Assembly (NCBI GenBank): GCA_016618085.1
Contig: JABLTG010000001.1
Coordinates: forward strand, 124,001-188,000
Source of the DNA: Neovahlkampfia damariscottae
Lineage: Eukaryota
Direction of reading: 5' to 3'
Length of the DNA: 64,000 nucleotides
Shown in pieces: positions 1 through 10,684 of the stretch (the first letter of the stretch is position 1; each line of letters opens with the position of its first letter). A program made the translations under genes and the position numbers. The notes beneath the pieces were generated by a model, which was not told the origin of the DNA, did not search any database, and worked only from the letters and a program-made list of their open reading frames with translations.

Positions 1-519
1 AATTGAATCTGTTTGATTTTTTTGGAGAGATGAAAAGTGACCAATGTGGAAGTTTTCTATAGTTGATATATCATTAATTTCAAACGATATAGTTGATAAA
101 TATAATGTCAAATAATTTGATGGTGACAGTTTGATGCTGTCAAATTTTTCACGATTTGAAAACTGAAAGGATTTCGAATATTTTTCAAATATCATTGAAT
201 AAATGGAGGTTTCATTAATATTGTTATACCCAAAAAACAAAAAAGTGTCTATTTTTTATTTTATTTTTTTTTTTTTGTTTTTACCCATTCCAGTCAGTGT
301 GAACTGGTATTTTGAATTTGAAATTTTCCATGAGAGTATCATGTTTTCATGTGTTATACAAGAGGATTGAACATGGATAAAAAACAAAAATAGCCACACA
401 AACAACTCTTTCTTCATCCAAAAAAATTTAGTTTTCTGATTGGTCAACAAAAGTTTGTTAAAATGCAGAATTCTTCATCAAATTAATTACTGTCAGAAAG
501 AATTAACAATTTATTGATT

Positions 520-2304
520 TTATTGGCCAATCTTGATGTCTTGAATTTTCTTTGAAATTAAATCAAATATTGAATAATCAAAACCATAACGATAATTCTT
601 CAACATGATCCTAATTTCTAATTTCATTACTTTTTTATCAATACAGTTATAGGCATCAACATATTTGAATTGCTCTTCAAGATCAAATTCTTTCTCTTTG
701 AATTGGTCTTTCAATTCTTTCAAGTGAATATTATCATTAAAAATGAGATACCAAAATAATCCATTCTTTCCTTCTTCATCTTTGTTAGAAATTTCATCAT
801 TTGTGATTCCAAATTTTGAAATGATTTTTTGCATTGGAATACCGACAAAACAAGAATAGAGATAAATGATAAAATTGAGTGAACAATTAGATAATTTCTT
901 TTTAAGAGATCCAATGATTCCTTGATCTTTGATTTGAGGTGTAGCTGATTTTGATGTAGAAAATGAAACGTTGCTTAAATCAAATGATTTCTCACGAAAA
1001 AGAACTACAATACCATTATCATATTGACAATAAAGTTGAAGTTTTTGATCTTTTTTTGGTTGGAATTCATTAATATCAATTTCCAATACATAATAATCAC
1101 TTGTGCATTCTTCATGAAGTTTGATTTTTTTGTTCTCAAAAACCACATTTTCCTTAAGTGGTCTACCATTGACAGAGTAATGAAATTTGAATAATTTTGA
1201 TGGTGGTGGTTTACTTGTTGTGATCCTGTATTCAACGGAAATTTTGGATCCTATGATTTTGAAAACAATTGGGAGACCAAATGCACAATTATGTTTTTTT
1301 TCATATTTGTTATTTTGCATCGTCTTCCAAAAACCACACTGACAAAAAAACAATAAATAAGCTCCACATACTGTGCACTTTTCTTTTTTCCCAATTAAAC
1401 TATGTGTTTCAATTGTTTTCACTGCATCTTTAATATCATTTGGGTGTTTGGAAATACAAACGGATAAAGAAGGAGAAGGACGATCTTGTGTTGCTTTCAT
1501 ATGAACATGACAACCAGGAGGGACAAAAAATTGATTGGATTTTTTCCAATTTGTGAAAAGATTGTTTATCCATTTTATGTTTGATTCAGTGAAAAAGCTT
1601 CCAAGAAAATCTTTTTTTTTTTTTTTTTGAACCGTAGAATCATCATTATTGTCGTCCTGGATTTCAGGTACATATTCTCTTATTTTTGATGTTCCTCTGT
1701 CTTCCACTAACTCTTCTTCAATTTCTTGACTTGTTGGAACCTCTTCATCGTATATAGAAGACATTACCTTTGAAATCAACACTAATTTTTGAAGTAAATT
1801 TTCTCCCAATTGTTTAAATTGATCATCATTAAATTCTAAAAAAACAAGTTGTGCATATGGGCAGAAATAAATTGCTTTTTGAATTTTTTTGCACTCTTCC
1901 ATATCAAAAAAATAATAATAAGCTTCAAAATCCGTAAAGAATTCATTAAAGTGAGCTTTAATAAAATCCTTTAATTGAAGTCTATGATTGTTGTCATCTG
2001 TTAGTTTTACTAAGAATTTTGGTGGAGGAATACTGACTTCAGTACTGATGGATTGTTTATCAGCAAAAATGTCTAAAAGTTGATCGATTTTTTGTGGTGT
2101 GTTTTCATAATCCACTTCAGATGGATAATATTCTGTTATTAAATATTTTCCTTTTTTGCGTTTTCCAAGTGTAAAATAGAGTACGTTTGGAAATTCTCTA
2201 AGTTTATCTTCAATTTTCTTGAATTCGTAGATAAGTGTGTTTAATTCCTTTCCTTCTTTCAAATCAAATGTTGTAAACCTCGTGTAGATTTTATTTTGCA
2301 TCAC
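520..2304 (-). CDS. Intronless 594-aa protein of unknown function with a CxxC-x8-CxC-x14-HxC putative Zn-binding motif
   Basis: Long uninterrupted ORF containing CTVCGAYLLFFCQCGFWKTMQNNKYEKKHNC; no family recognised. Confidence 0.7.
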   Translation of the reverse strand: MMQNKIYTRFTTFDLKEGKELNTLIYEFKKIEDKLREFPNVLYFTLGKRKKGKYLITEYYPSEVDYENTPQKIDQLLDIFADKQSISTEVSIPPPKFLVKLTDDNNHRLQLKDFIKAHFNEFFTDFEAYYYFFDMEECKKIQKAIYFCPYAQLVFLEFNDDQFKQLGENLLQKLVLISKVMSSIYDEEVPTSQEIEEELVEDRGTSKIREYVPEIQDDNNDDSTVQKKKKKDFLGSFFTESNIKWINNLFTNWKKSNQFFVPPGCHVHMKATQDRPSPSLSVCISKHPNDIKDAVKTIETHSLIGKKEKCTVCGAYLLFFCQCGFWKTMQNNKYEKKHNCAFGLPIVFKIIGSKISVEYRITTSKPPPSKLFKFHYSVNGRPLKENVVFENKKIKLHEECTSDYYVLEIDINEFQPKKDQKLQLYCQYDNGIVVLFREKSFDLSNVSFSTSKSATPQIKDQGIIGSLKKKLSNCSLNFIIYLYSCFVGIPMQKIISKFGITNDEISNKDEEGKNGLFWYLIFNDNIHLKELKDQFKEKEFDLEEQFKYVDAYNCIDKKVMKLEIRIMLKNYRYGFDYSIFDLISKKIQDIKIGQ

Positions 2305-2794
2305 TTCTCCTCAGGTCCTGTTTTGTTTGAAGCGAAATTCAAGTTGTCCAATAAAAATCTTTTTTTTAAAATTAATGTTTTATTTCTTTTTGGTTTGGTT
2401 ATGATTCTTAATAGAATTCCAACCATATAGTTTTCCTTTTTACTTCTGGTTATAATATCTTGTTTTTTTCTTTTTTTTTACTCGGACTTTGGTTCACTGT
2501 CATTGTCGTTTCCTTCCTGGTCCTTCTACAAACTTTGCACTCCTTTTTCAACTGATTGTTTCTTGGATCATCTGTTTTTCATTGTGACGAATGCTTTTTG
2601 AGTATTTCTTTCAATTGTTTCTACCAAAAAAAAATTGAGAAAGAAAAATTAATTTTTTTATTTCTTTGCAAGAGTACCTCCCTCCTTTGTACAACAAAAG
2701 AAAAGTAATCTGTTTTCTTGGATGCAAAAAAACACCTTGGTAAATAATTGGTCACATTTTCCTCCAATCAAATCGCAAACAATTCCTTTGCAAA

Positions 2795-5700
2795 ATGGAG
2801 AAAGAAGAGGAAGCTCCAAAACAATCAAGATATCAACTTCGAACACCTAAAGTGAAACCTGAATACAAAGAAGTATCAGAAACAAGCACAGAGACTACTG
2901 AAAAAAAGAGAAAAAGAAGTGAAGACACTGGAAAAACCAAAACAGAAAAAAAGCCAAAAACTGAAAAGAAAGAAAGCAAAAGAGTGAAGTTATCACCTTT
3001 TGAACCAGATGAAAAAACTATTAAAGAAATCCAAAAATCTAAAGAAGAAAAAAAAGGAAAGTACGAAACTGACTGTTGCAATACATGTACAAGTCGTGAA
3101 GTTATCAGGTAAACCCTTATTACAAAACATAACTTTTGAAGAATTGCTTCTGAAAAAAAATTAAAAGATTTGAAAGGAATTCTTGATGATGTCAAACATG
3201 TTTCAGATCCTTTCATATATAAGAATCAAAAAGAAGATGAAAATGTTTTTGATATTGCTTTAAAAAACAATGATTTAGCAATGTTGAAAGTATTAATTAA
3301 AGAAAAGAAAGAACCAAAAGACAGACACGTGGATGGAAACGGTTTACAAAAAATTCTAAGAGGAAATTATTCAAGAAGAAATTTTGGACATGGTGTTAGA
3401 AATATTTCACAAGGAAAAGGTAATAAAGAAGGTAATGATGCTTTTACAGGTTAGATTCAAATTTATATTCTCTAAACATGTTATTAGAAAGACAAAGTGA
3501 TCATGATGATTATGAATCAAAATATATTTTGAAAAAGATACAAAAGTATAAATTATCAAAAGAAATTCTCGATTTTTTAAGTGTTGAAATCGAAGAATTT
3601 TCTAATTACTTTGGTCATGATGTTGGTTTTTATCAAAATATTGAAAGTGGTAATTTAGAAAATGCTCAATATATCGCAAAGCATTTGAAAGATGAAGGAG
3701 ATGCTGCTGGTTTAAATAATCTTCATGTTGAAAGTTTAGGGAGTAGTGATGAAAATTTCTCAAAAATCTTGGCTATGAGGTAAGGAATTGTAATTCTAAA
3801 AATATCATTTCCAGTGTCACAAAGAAAGCTGCTTCAAATTTTAGAATTACACCTATTCATACCGCTGCAATTAACCCAAACAACAAATATTTAAAGGAGT
3901 TAATTCTTAAAGCTTCTGAAAAATCAATTTCAGGTCATCATGTGATTGATGCATTACAAAGAAAACCAATTCACTTTGCTGCTGTTTCAGATACATCAGA
4001 TAACTTAAAATATTTAATTGAACAATGTAACTCAGATCCAGTTGAATGTGACAAATCAAAAATGAATCCATTTCTATTTTCTTGTAAAAATGGAAAATTA
4101 GAAAATGTTCAGTATTTGACAAGTGATCAATATCCATTGATGATTCAATCAAAAAATGGATTCAGAGATACTGGATTACATTTAGCAGCAAGACGTGGTC
4201 ATGTCAAAGTTGTTGAATATTTATTAACAGTTCCAAATTGTGACAAAAGTTATAAAAACACAAAAGCAGAAACTCCATTAGCAGTAGCTTCACAATATGG
4301 TCATTTTGATATTGTTAAACTTTTGATTGCTTCAAAATTAGATATTAATCAAGAATTAAAAGGAGACAAATTCAAAAAAACTCCTTTACATCACTCAGTG
4401 ATGAATGGTCACTTTGAAATTTCCAAGTATTTATTACTGAATGGTTTTGATCCAAATTCAGTTGACACTTCAAACAATTCAGTAGTTCATTATGCAGCTG
4501 CTTTTGGATATGCTGATATTTTAAATTTACTCTCACTTGCAGGTGGAGCTATCAATGTTGTTTCAGATTGGTCTACGTCACCGTAATTGATTTTTTTTTC
4601 TCATTTCTTAGATTATCTGTTTCTTTGATTAAAGGTCATTTAAAGACCAGTAATATCATTTTAAAAGATCCAACTGTTGACGTAAATTTTGTTGACAATG
4701 AAAATAAAACAATGTTACATCAATTATTAGAAAAGAAAGAAGGAAATTTTGATCGTCAAATTAAATATTTAATTGATGAAAAAAAAGCAAAAACAGATAT
4801 TTTAACTGTTGATGGTACTTCAATATTACATGTTTTAAGTTCATCGGTTCATGAAAAAGATGTTGATATTGCAAAGGTATTAATCAAAAATGGAATGGAT
4901 GTGAATCACACAGACAATCATGGAATGTCATCTTTCTTACTTGCATGTGATGCTGGAAATATTCCTTTGATTCAATTTTATTTACAACAAAAGAAAATTG
5001 ATGTATTTCAATCGAATTCAGATAACCAAAATTTTCTTCATTTGATTCACAAGAATTTAAATCAAAAGGATATCAAAGAAGTCTTGGATGTTATTATACC
5101 TCATATCAAAACCAAAAAAAAATGGGAAGAATTGAGAAATCAATTTGACAACTTTGGCTATTCACCTTTATTAGTTTTATTTTCTGAATTTCATAATAAA
5201 CAAGTTGACAATGTTGTAGGATTTGGAGGTGGAACTAACCAATTTATTTCTGATAATGAAGAAGATGGTTCTAAAAACGGTTCTGATGTTGAAAGTGGGG
5301 ATGAATCACATGATGAGAATGATGAAAATGACCATTCTGAAGAAGAAGACAATTCAATGAACGACTCAATCTACATTGAACAGAATCCACCAACTGGTGA
5401 AAACCGTTTGAAATTCATTGAATACGTAAAATTATTGTTCACTCATTATTCTAATGATATCAATCACCAAATTAAAAAATCAGAAAAAAAGAAAAAATCA
5501 AAACTTATTGGCTATTCAGTTCTTCATTTCTTATCAAAAGATGAAAATCCAAATATTGAACTATTAGAATTATTGATTTCTTACAAAGCAAATGTGAACA
5601 TTTTAGATGAAGTAAAAAGAAACCCTTTACATATTTCATTCAAAACTATCAAAAAATTAAAAGGATTTGAATTTGATGGCTTATTATTAGAAAATGGATG

Positions 5701-8700
5701 TGATGTGAATGCTTTAGATTCACAAAACAGAACTCCTTTATTTTATATTTTCATTCAATCAAAAGTGAATGAACATTCGTATGAACAATTATTCTTTTTT
5801 CACACTTTGTAGATATTGGGATTGGGAAACTCAAGTTGAAAGAACTTTCAAATTCTCATCTGATCCAATTGAAATTATTTCTGATGTCTTTAGTTTTACT
5901 GATAAAATCAATATCAATCAAAAAGATATTTATGGTCGAACTTTACTTCATGAAGCTTGTTTGAAAGGAGCACCAACATGTTCCATGTTTTTGATTCAAA
6001 AAGGATCACTAGTTGAAGAAGAAGATGAAGATAAAAATACCCCTTTATGTCTCGCTTTAATTTCAGGTTTCAAAGATTTTGCAATCACATTAATCAATAA
6101 GAATGCCAATGCAAAAAGAAATTTAAAAGTTTTATCAAAACCAGAAAAGTTCTTGATTAAACAAGAAAATGATGATGATGAAGATGATGATGATGAATTC
6201 AGTGGTAATAGAAAAAAAAAAAAAAGACCAAATTATTCCAATCGTTTTTCCACAGTAGATGACGAAGATGAGGATATTGAAGAACCAACAATGTCCATTT
6301 TTAAATTCATGTTAAAAAAAGATTGGATGGGACTTGCTTACTTAGTCTTAACGGATATTGAACCAATGAGTGCAGTTCATGATGCTTTAGAAACTGAAAA
6401 CTATCAATTAGTTTTAACATTGATTTCAAAAACAAATTCATCAAAATTAAAAGAATGTGATTCATCTCAACAAAATATCTTCCATAAAATATCATCATTT
6501 CAACCAAAATTGAATGCTGAAATGGATAAGAAAATTTCTAGTTTCCAACATTTTTCAAAGAAGATTTTTATTGATTTGAAAAAGAAATTAAATGAAAAAG
6601 ACATTGAATCATCAATGTTGAATAAACAAGATCAATTTGGTAAAACATCATTGCATTATGCAGGTATGCAATTTGAATTGATTTAATTTTCTTCAAAAGC
6701 GGAAAGTGGAAATCTACAATTCTCCAAATGTCTAATTGAAAACAATCAAGAAATTATTAATCTTCAAGATAATAATGGAATGACAGCTTTAATGTATGCA
6801 TCGAAATTCAATCATCTTCCAGTTGTCAAATGTTTGATTGATCATAAATCTGACATTAACAAATTAGACAATGATAAAAAAACAGCTTTGATTCATTTCA
6901 TTCATCCATCCAATTTTGGATCATATGAAAATATTGATTTATTGAATTATCTCATTAAACATGGCTCATCAATGGATAAAAAAGACAAAGATAACAAAAC
7001 AGCAATTCAGTATGCTTCAATGAAATTCTCAAAAACACTTTACAATGAATTGATCAAATTAGGTGGAAAAAAGGAAAATAAAAAAATGGATAAACCAAAA
7101 ACTAAAACTCCAGCATATGAAAAAATAAACTTTGAATCAGATCTTGAGAATGCATTGAAAGAAATCAAAGATAAAGAAATGGATGTTGAAGAAGAATCAG
7201 ATCAAGAAGTGAAGGTTGATAGTAGATCTGGATTGAAGAATTGTCAAGTATTGAAAGATAATAATGACAAATACTATGATGTTCTTTTAAGCAAAGCAGA
7301 TGTGTTAAAAGGACCTTATGGTTATTATTTATTTTATAAACTTCAAATCATTTATAATCCAATCCAAAAGATTTACATTTTATTTAACTGTTGGGGAAGA
7401 TGGGGAGACAACGGAGAATTTCAAAGAACTCCATTTAAATCAGAAGCAGATGCTGTCAAAGAATTCAAATCACTTTTCAAAAGTAAAACAAAAAATGAAT
7501 GGAATAGTGATCAATTTGAAGAACATATTGGTTCTTATGTTATCTTAAAATTGAAAAAGAAAAAGAAATTCAATAGATTACCAGAACTACACATCAATAA
7601 AAATGAATCAAAATTGGATAATGCAACATTCAATTTGATGCAAGAAATCACAAGTGTGACATCAACTACCAAGAGTCTAAATTCAATTGGGATTTCAGGT
7701 TCAATGATGCCATTTGGTGATTTAGAAGAAGATGTTTTGAAAAGAGGAATTTTGATTTTGAAGAATATCTACACATTAATGAAAGATATTGAAAACAATC
7801 ATGATCTCTCTCCAAAAGATGTTAAAGAAAAATATTATGAAATGGCAAAAGAAAGCAATAAGTTTTATCAATTGATTCCTCATCAAGGATTTGAAGAATC
7901 ATCATTAGGTTTAATCAGAAATGAAAATGAAATTAGTCAAAAAATCAAAATGATTGATTTATTAATGAACTTGGAAATCTCATCAAGAATCATTATCACA
8001 TCAAATTACAATTCAAAAAAGTTGAATCCGATAGATTATTGTTATTATTCCTTATTCAATCATATTAAGCGAATGGATCAAAGTTCATTTGAATTTCATG
8101 TTTTGCATCAATACTTTGCAAGAACAAAATCAAATGAATATGAACTTGTTAATATTTTTAGTTTACAAAGAAAAGAAGAAGAAGAAAGATTCAAAAAACA
8201 TGAAAATGATGAAAACAGAGTTTTATTATGGCATGGATCTTCAATTTCAAATTTCATTGGAATTTTGAATCAAGGATTAAGAATTGCTCCTCCTGAAGCA
8301 CCTGCAGGTAAATTTCATTTTAAATTCACATGTTTAAAGCTGGATATGCATTTGGCAAAGGTATTTATTTTGCAGATCAATTTTCAAAATCCATTAATTA
8401 TTCCAGAGATCATAATTCATCAACTTCTCTCTTAGTTTTATGTGAAGTTGCATTGGGAAAAATTTCAAAATTATCTCAACCAAAATACATGGAAAAACCA
8501 ATGCAAGGCTTCAATTCAACACAAGGAGTGGGTAAGAAAGGACCTTCATTCAATGAATCATTTATCACGGATGACGGTTTAAAAATTCCTTGTGGACAAA
8601 TTCAAGAACAAGTTAAACAAACAGATCCAAATTATTGGTCACATTTTGAAATGAATGAATTCATTGTTTATGATGAATCTCAAGTGAAAATGAAATATTT

Positions 8701-8731
8701 GGTAATGGTGAAGAAAATCAAAAATATATAA
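2795..8731 (+). CDS. Ankyrin-repeat poly(ADP-ribose) polymerase (ANK repeats-WGR-PARP regulatory-PARP catalytic), multi-exon
   Basis: Consecutive ORFs joined by short GT-AG introns (3109-3141 and 8308-8339 checked for frame). Many TPLH/TALM ankyrin motifs; WGR motif (CWGRWG); catalytic motifs LLWHGS, GKGIYFAD, NEFIVY. Confidence 0.93.
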
Positions 8732-8732
8732 A

Positions 8733-9770
8733 TCAAAAAAAAATAACTACATCATTAAAATCTTTCGTTATTTGTATGAAAGATGAAACAGAAATTTCAA
8801 ATATTTCATTTTTACAAGTTACTCCAATATTTCCACCAAAGATGCACAATTTATTTTCATGCATAAATATTGTATGTCCAGATCTATTTGCAGGTACATC
8901 ATGATGTAGAGATAATTCTTTACACTCAAAATTTCTGAGGTCAATTTCAAATAATCCATTGTCCAATGAAGAGAATTTACTTTTCCCGCCAAATAAAAAT
9001 AATCTCGTTTGATCAAAGGCGATCGATGGAAATCTACAAGGTTCATAAATTTTACCTTTCATTTCAATCTCCAACCAATGTTGTTTTTCAAAATCAAAAA
9101 ACCATAAATCATTTAAATAATTATTGAAATGAGTAGAAAAACCTCCTGTAATAAACATTTTATCTCTTACTCTCGATGCTGAATGTCCGAATCGTTTTAT
9201 TGGTTGTTTTTTTGTTTTGACCTCCTCTATGTAAGAAGCATAACCATTCACCCAAAATTTACATAAACATGATTCTGATGTACCTCCAAAAACATATACA
9301 TCATCTTTATAAACAATTGACGTATGATTTATTCTCTGAAGATATTTTTGATCATTAACCAATTTTAAAGGTTGAAATCCATTATCTTCAAAATCAAACC
9401 TATACAAATCACATGATGTTTCCTCTTTTGAACCTCCTACAATATACATACTATTTTTATGAACAAAAGCTGAATGTCCTGATATAGGAGGTGGACCAAA
9501 TCCTTTGGTTTCTATTTCTTCAAAAGTTTTCAATTGAAAATTGATTTTGTATAATTTATTTAAAGCTCTGGAATTTGTATTTTCACCTCCAAAAATATAA
9601 AAAAAATTATTGTATTCAACACAAGTGTGAAAAGTTAAATCTGGAATATTATCAAATGAAAGTCTTGTAGACTTTTTTGAGTTTTTTTTTTTGTCAATAA
9701 TAGATGGTTTTTCTTTTCTTGTGTTTTCTTCAATTCGTTTTTCATATTCATAAAGTGATTGAGGCATCAT
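8733..9770 (-). CDS. Kelch-repeat beta-propeller protein
   Basis: Repeated (F/G)H(S/T)...YIFGG units; likely ATG at 9770 with a sense-strand CCAATC at 9801-9806. Confidence 0.88.
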   Translation of the reverse strand: MMPQSLYEYEKRIEENTRKEKPSIIDKKKNSKKSTRLSFDNIPDLTFHTCVEYNNFFYIFGGENTNSRALNKLYKINFQLKTFEEIETKGFGPPPISGHSAFVHKNSMYIVGGSKEETSCDLYRFDFEDNGFQPLKLVNDQKYLQRINHTSIVYKDDVYVFGGTSESCLCKFWVNGYASYIEEVKTKKQPIKRFGHSASRVRDKMFITGGFSTHFNNYLNDLWFFDFEKQHWLEIEMKGKIYEPCRFPSIAFDQTRLFLFGGKSKFSSLDNGLFEIDLRNFECKELSLHHDVPANRSGHTIFMHENKLCIFGGNIGVTCKNEIFEISVSSFIQITKDFNDVVIFF

Positions 9771-9854
9771 TTTTTCTGTGGTCAAAAATAAGTTGATTTT
9801 GATTGGATTAATACAATTTTCCAACTAATCAACAGAGATTATTAAAAAAATTTA

Positions 9855-10430
9855 TTTATCTTCTATGATGATGAAAATGAACCCAATGATGTGAAACAAC
9901 TCTTCTTCTATTTGTTCAAGTCCAAGAAGTTTTCTATTTTGAATTAAAATTGCATTAACATTTGAAATTTTGTGATTACAAACAATTGTTAATGGTTAAT
10001 GGATAAACATCTACAAAAATTGGAACTGAAACAAAAAGTGCAAGATTACTACGACTTTTACTTTAGTTTAAAATTTGACAAATATTTAAATCAATAACAG
10101 TAGAATCAGAACCAGAGTCAATTTGAAAAGTTTCTAAAGGATTGCTGTTATTGAACAAATTTTGTGGATTAAATAAATCAACTTCAAGTTGTTTTCTACC
10201 TTGATTAGAGTCATCAAAACGTAATGAGTTGATTAAAAGTGGTTTATCTTCAAATCCAACACGAATGCCATAAGAATCCCCATCACCAAAAATATCGTCT
10301 TTTGTTTTTCCAAAAGAAATAACTTGCTCATCCGAAAAAGCAAATAGTCTTCAAAATTTTTCTGAAGCATATTTTTTCATATTTTCAGTTAATTTTGGAG
10401 CTTCTACAGTTTTTCTTGGAATATTGTCCT
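9855..10430 (-). pseudogene. Disrupted retropepsin-like (clan AA) aspartic protease gene
   Basis: Minus frame reads ETFQIDSGSDSTVIDLNICQIL (DSG at 10111-10119), with LLGLEQI further downstream (~9911-9930); in-frame stops at 10351-10353 and 10063-10065. Confidence 0.6.
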
Positions 10431-10684
10431 CTACTTCTTTTTTTTGTTGTTCTTTTTTTTTTTTTGTTCTTCACTTTTTATGTATTCTGAAAATTTTTCA
10501 AAATCACCATTGTTGTGATACAAGGACTTGAACATGATAAAATTTGATTGAACTGAAGTTTCTGAACAACCAATATTGGAAACAAAATAGAAATAAAGAG
10601 TTAGTATATTTGTAATGCACAAAGAACAAATATGAAGAAATTCATTAACAACAATCAGCATCATGATTTAAATTAAATGGTATA

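Noticed and set aside
3112..8330. Apparent frameshifts or pseudogenisation in PARP and other split ORFs
   Set aside because: The breaks examined are bridged by 30-45 nt GT-AG introns that restore conserved motifs.
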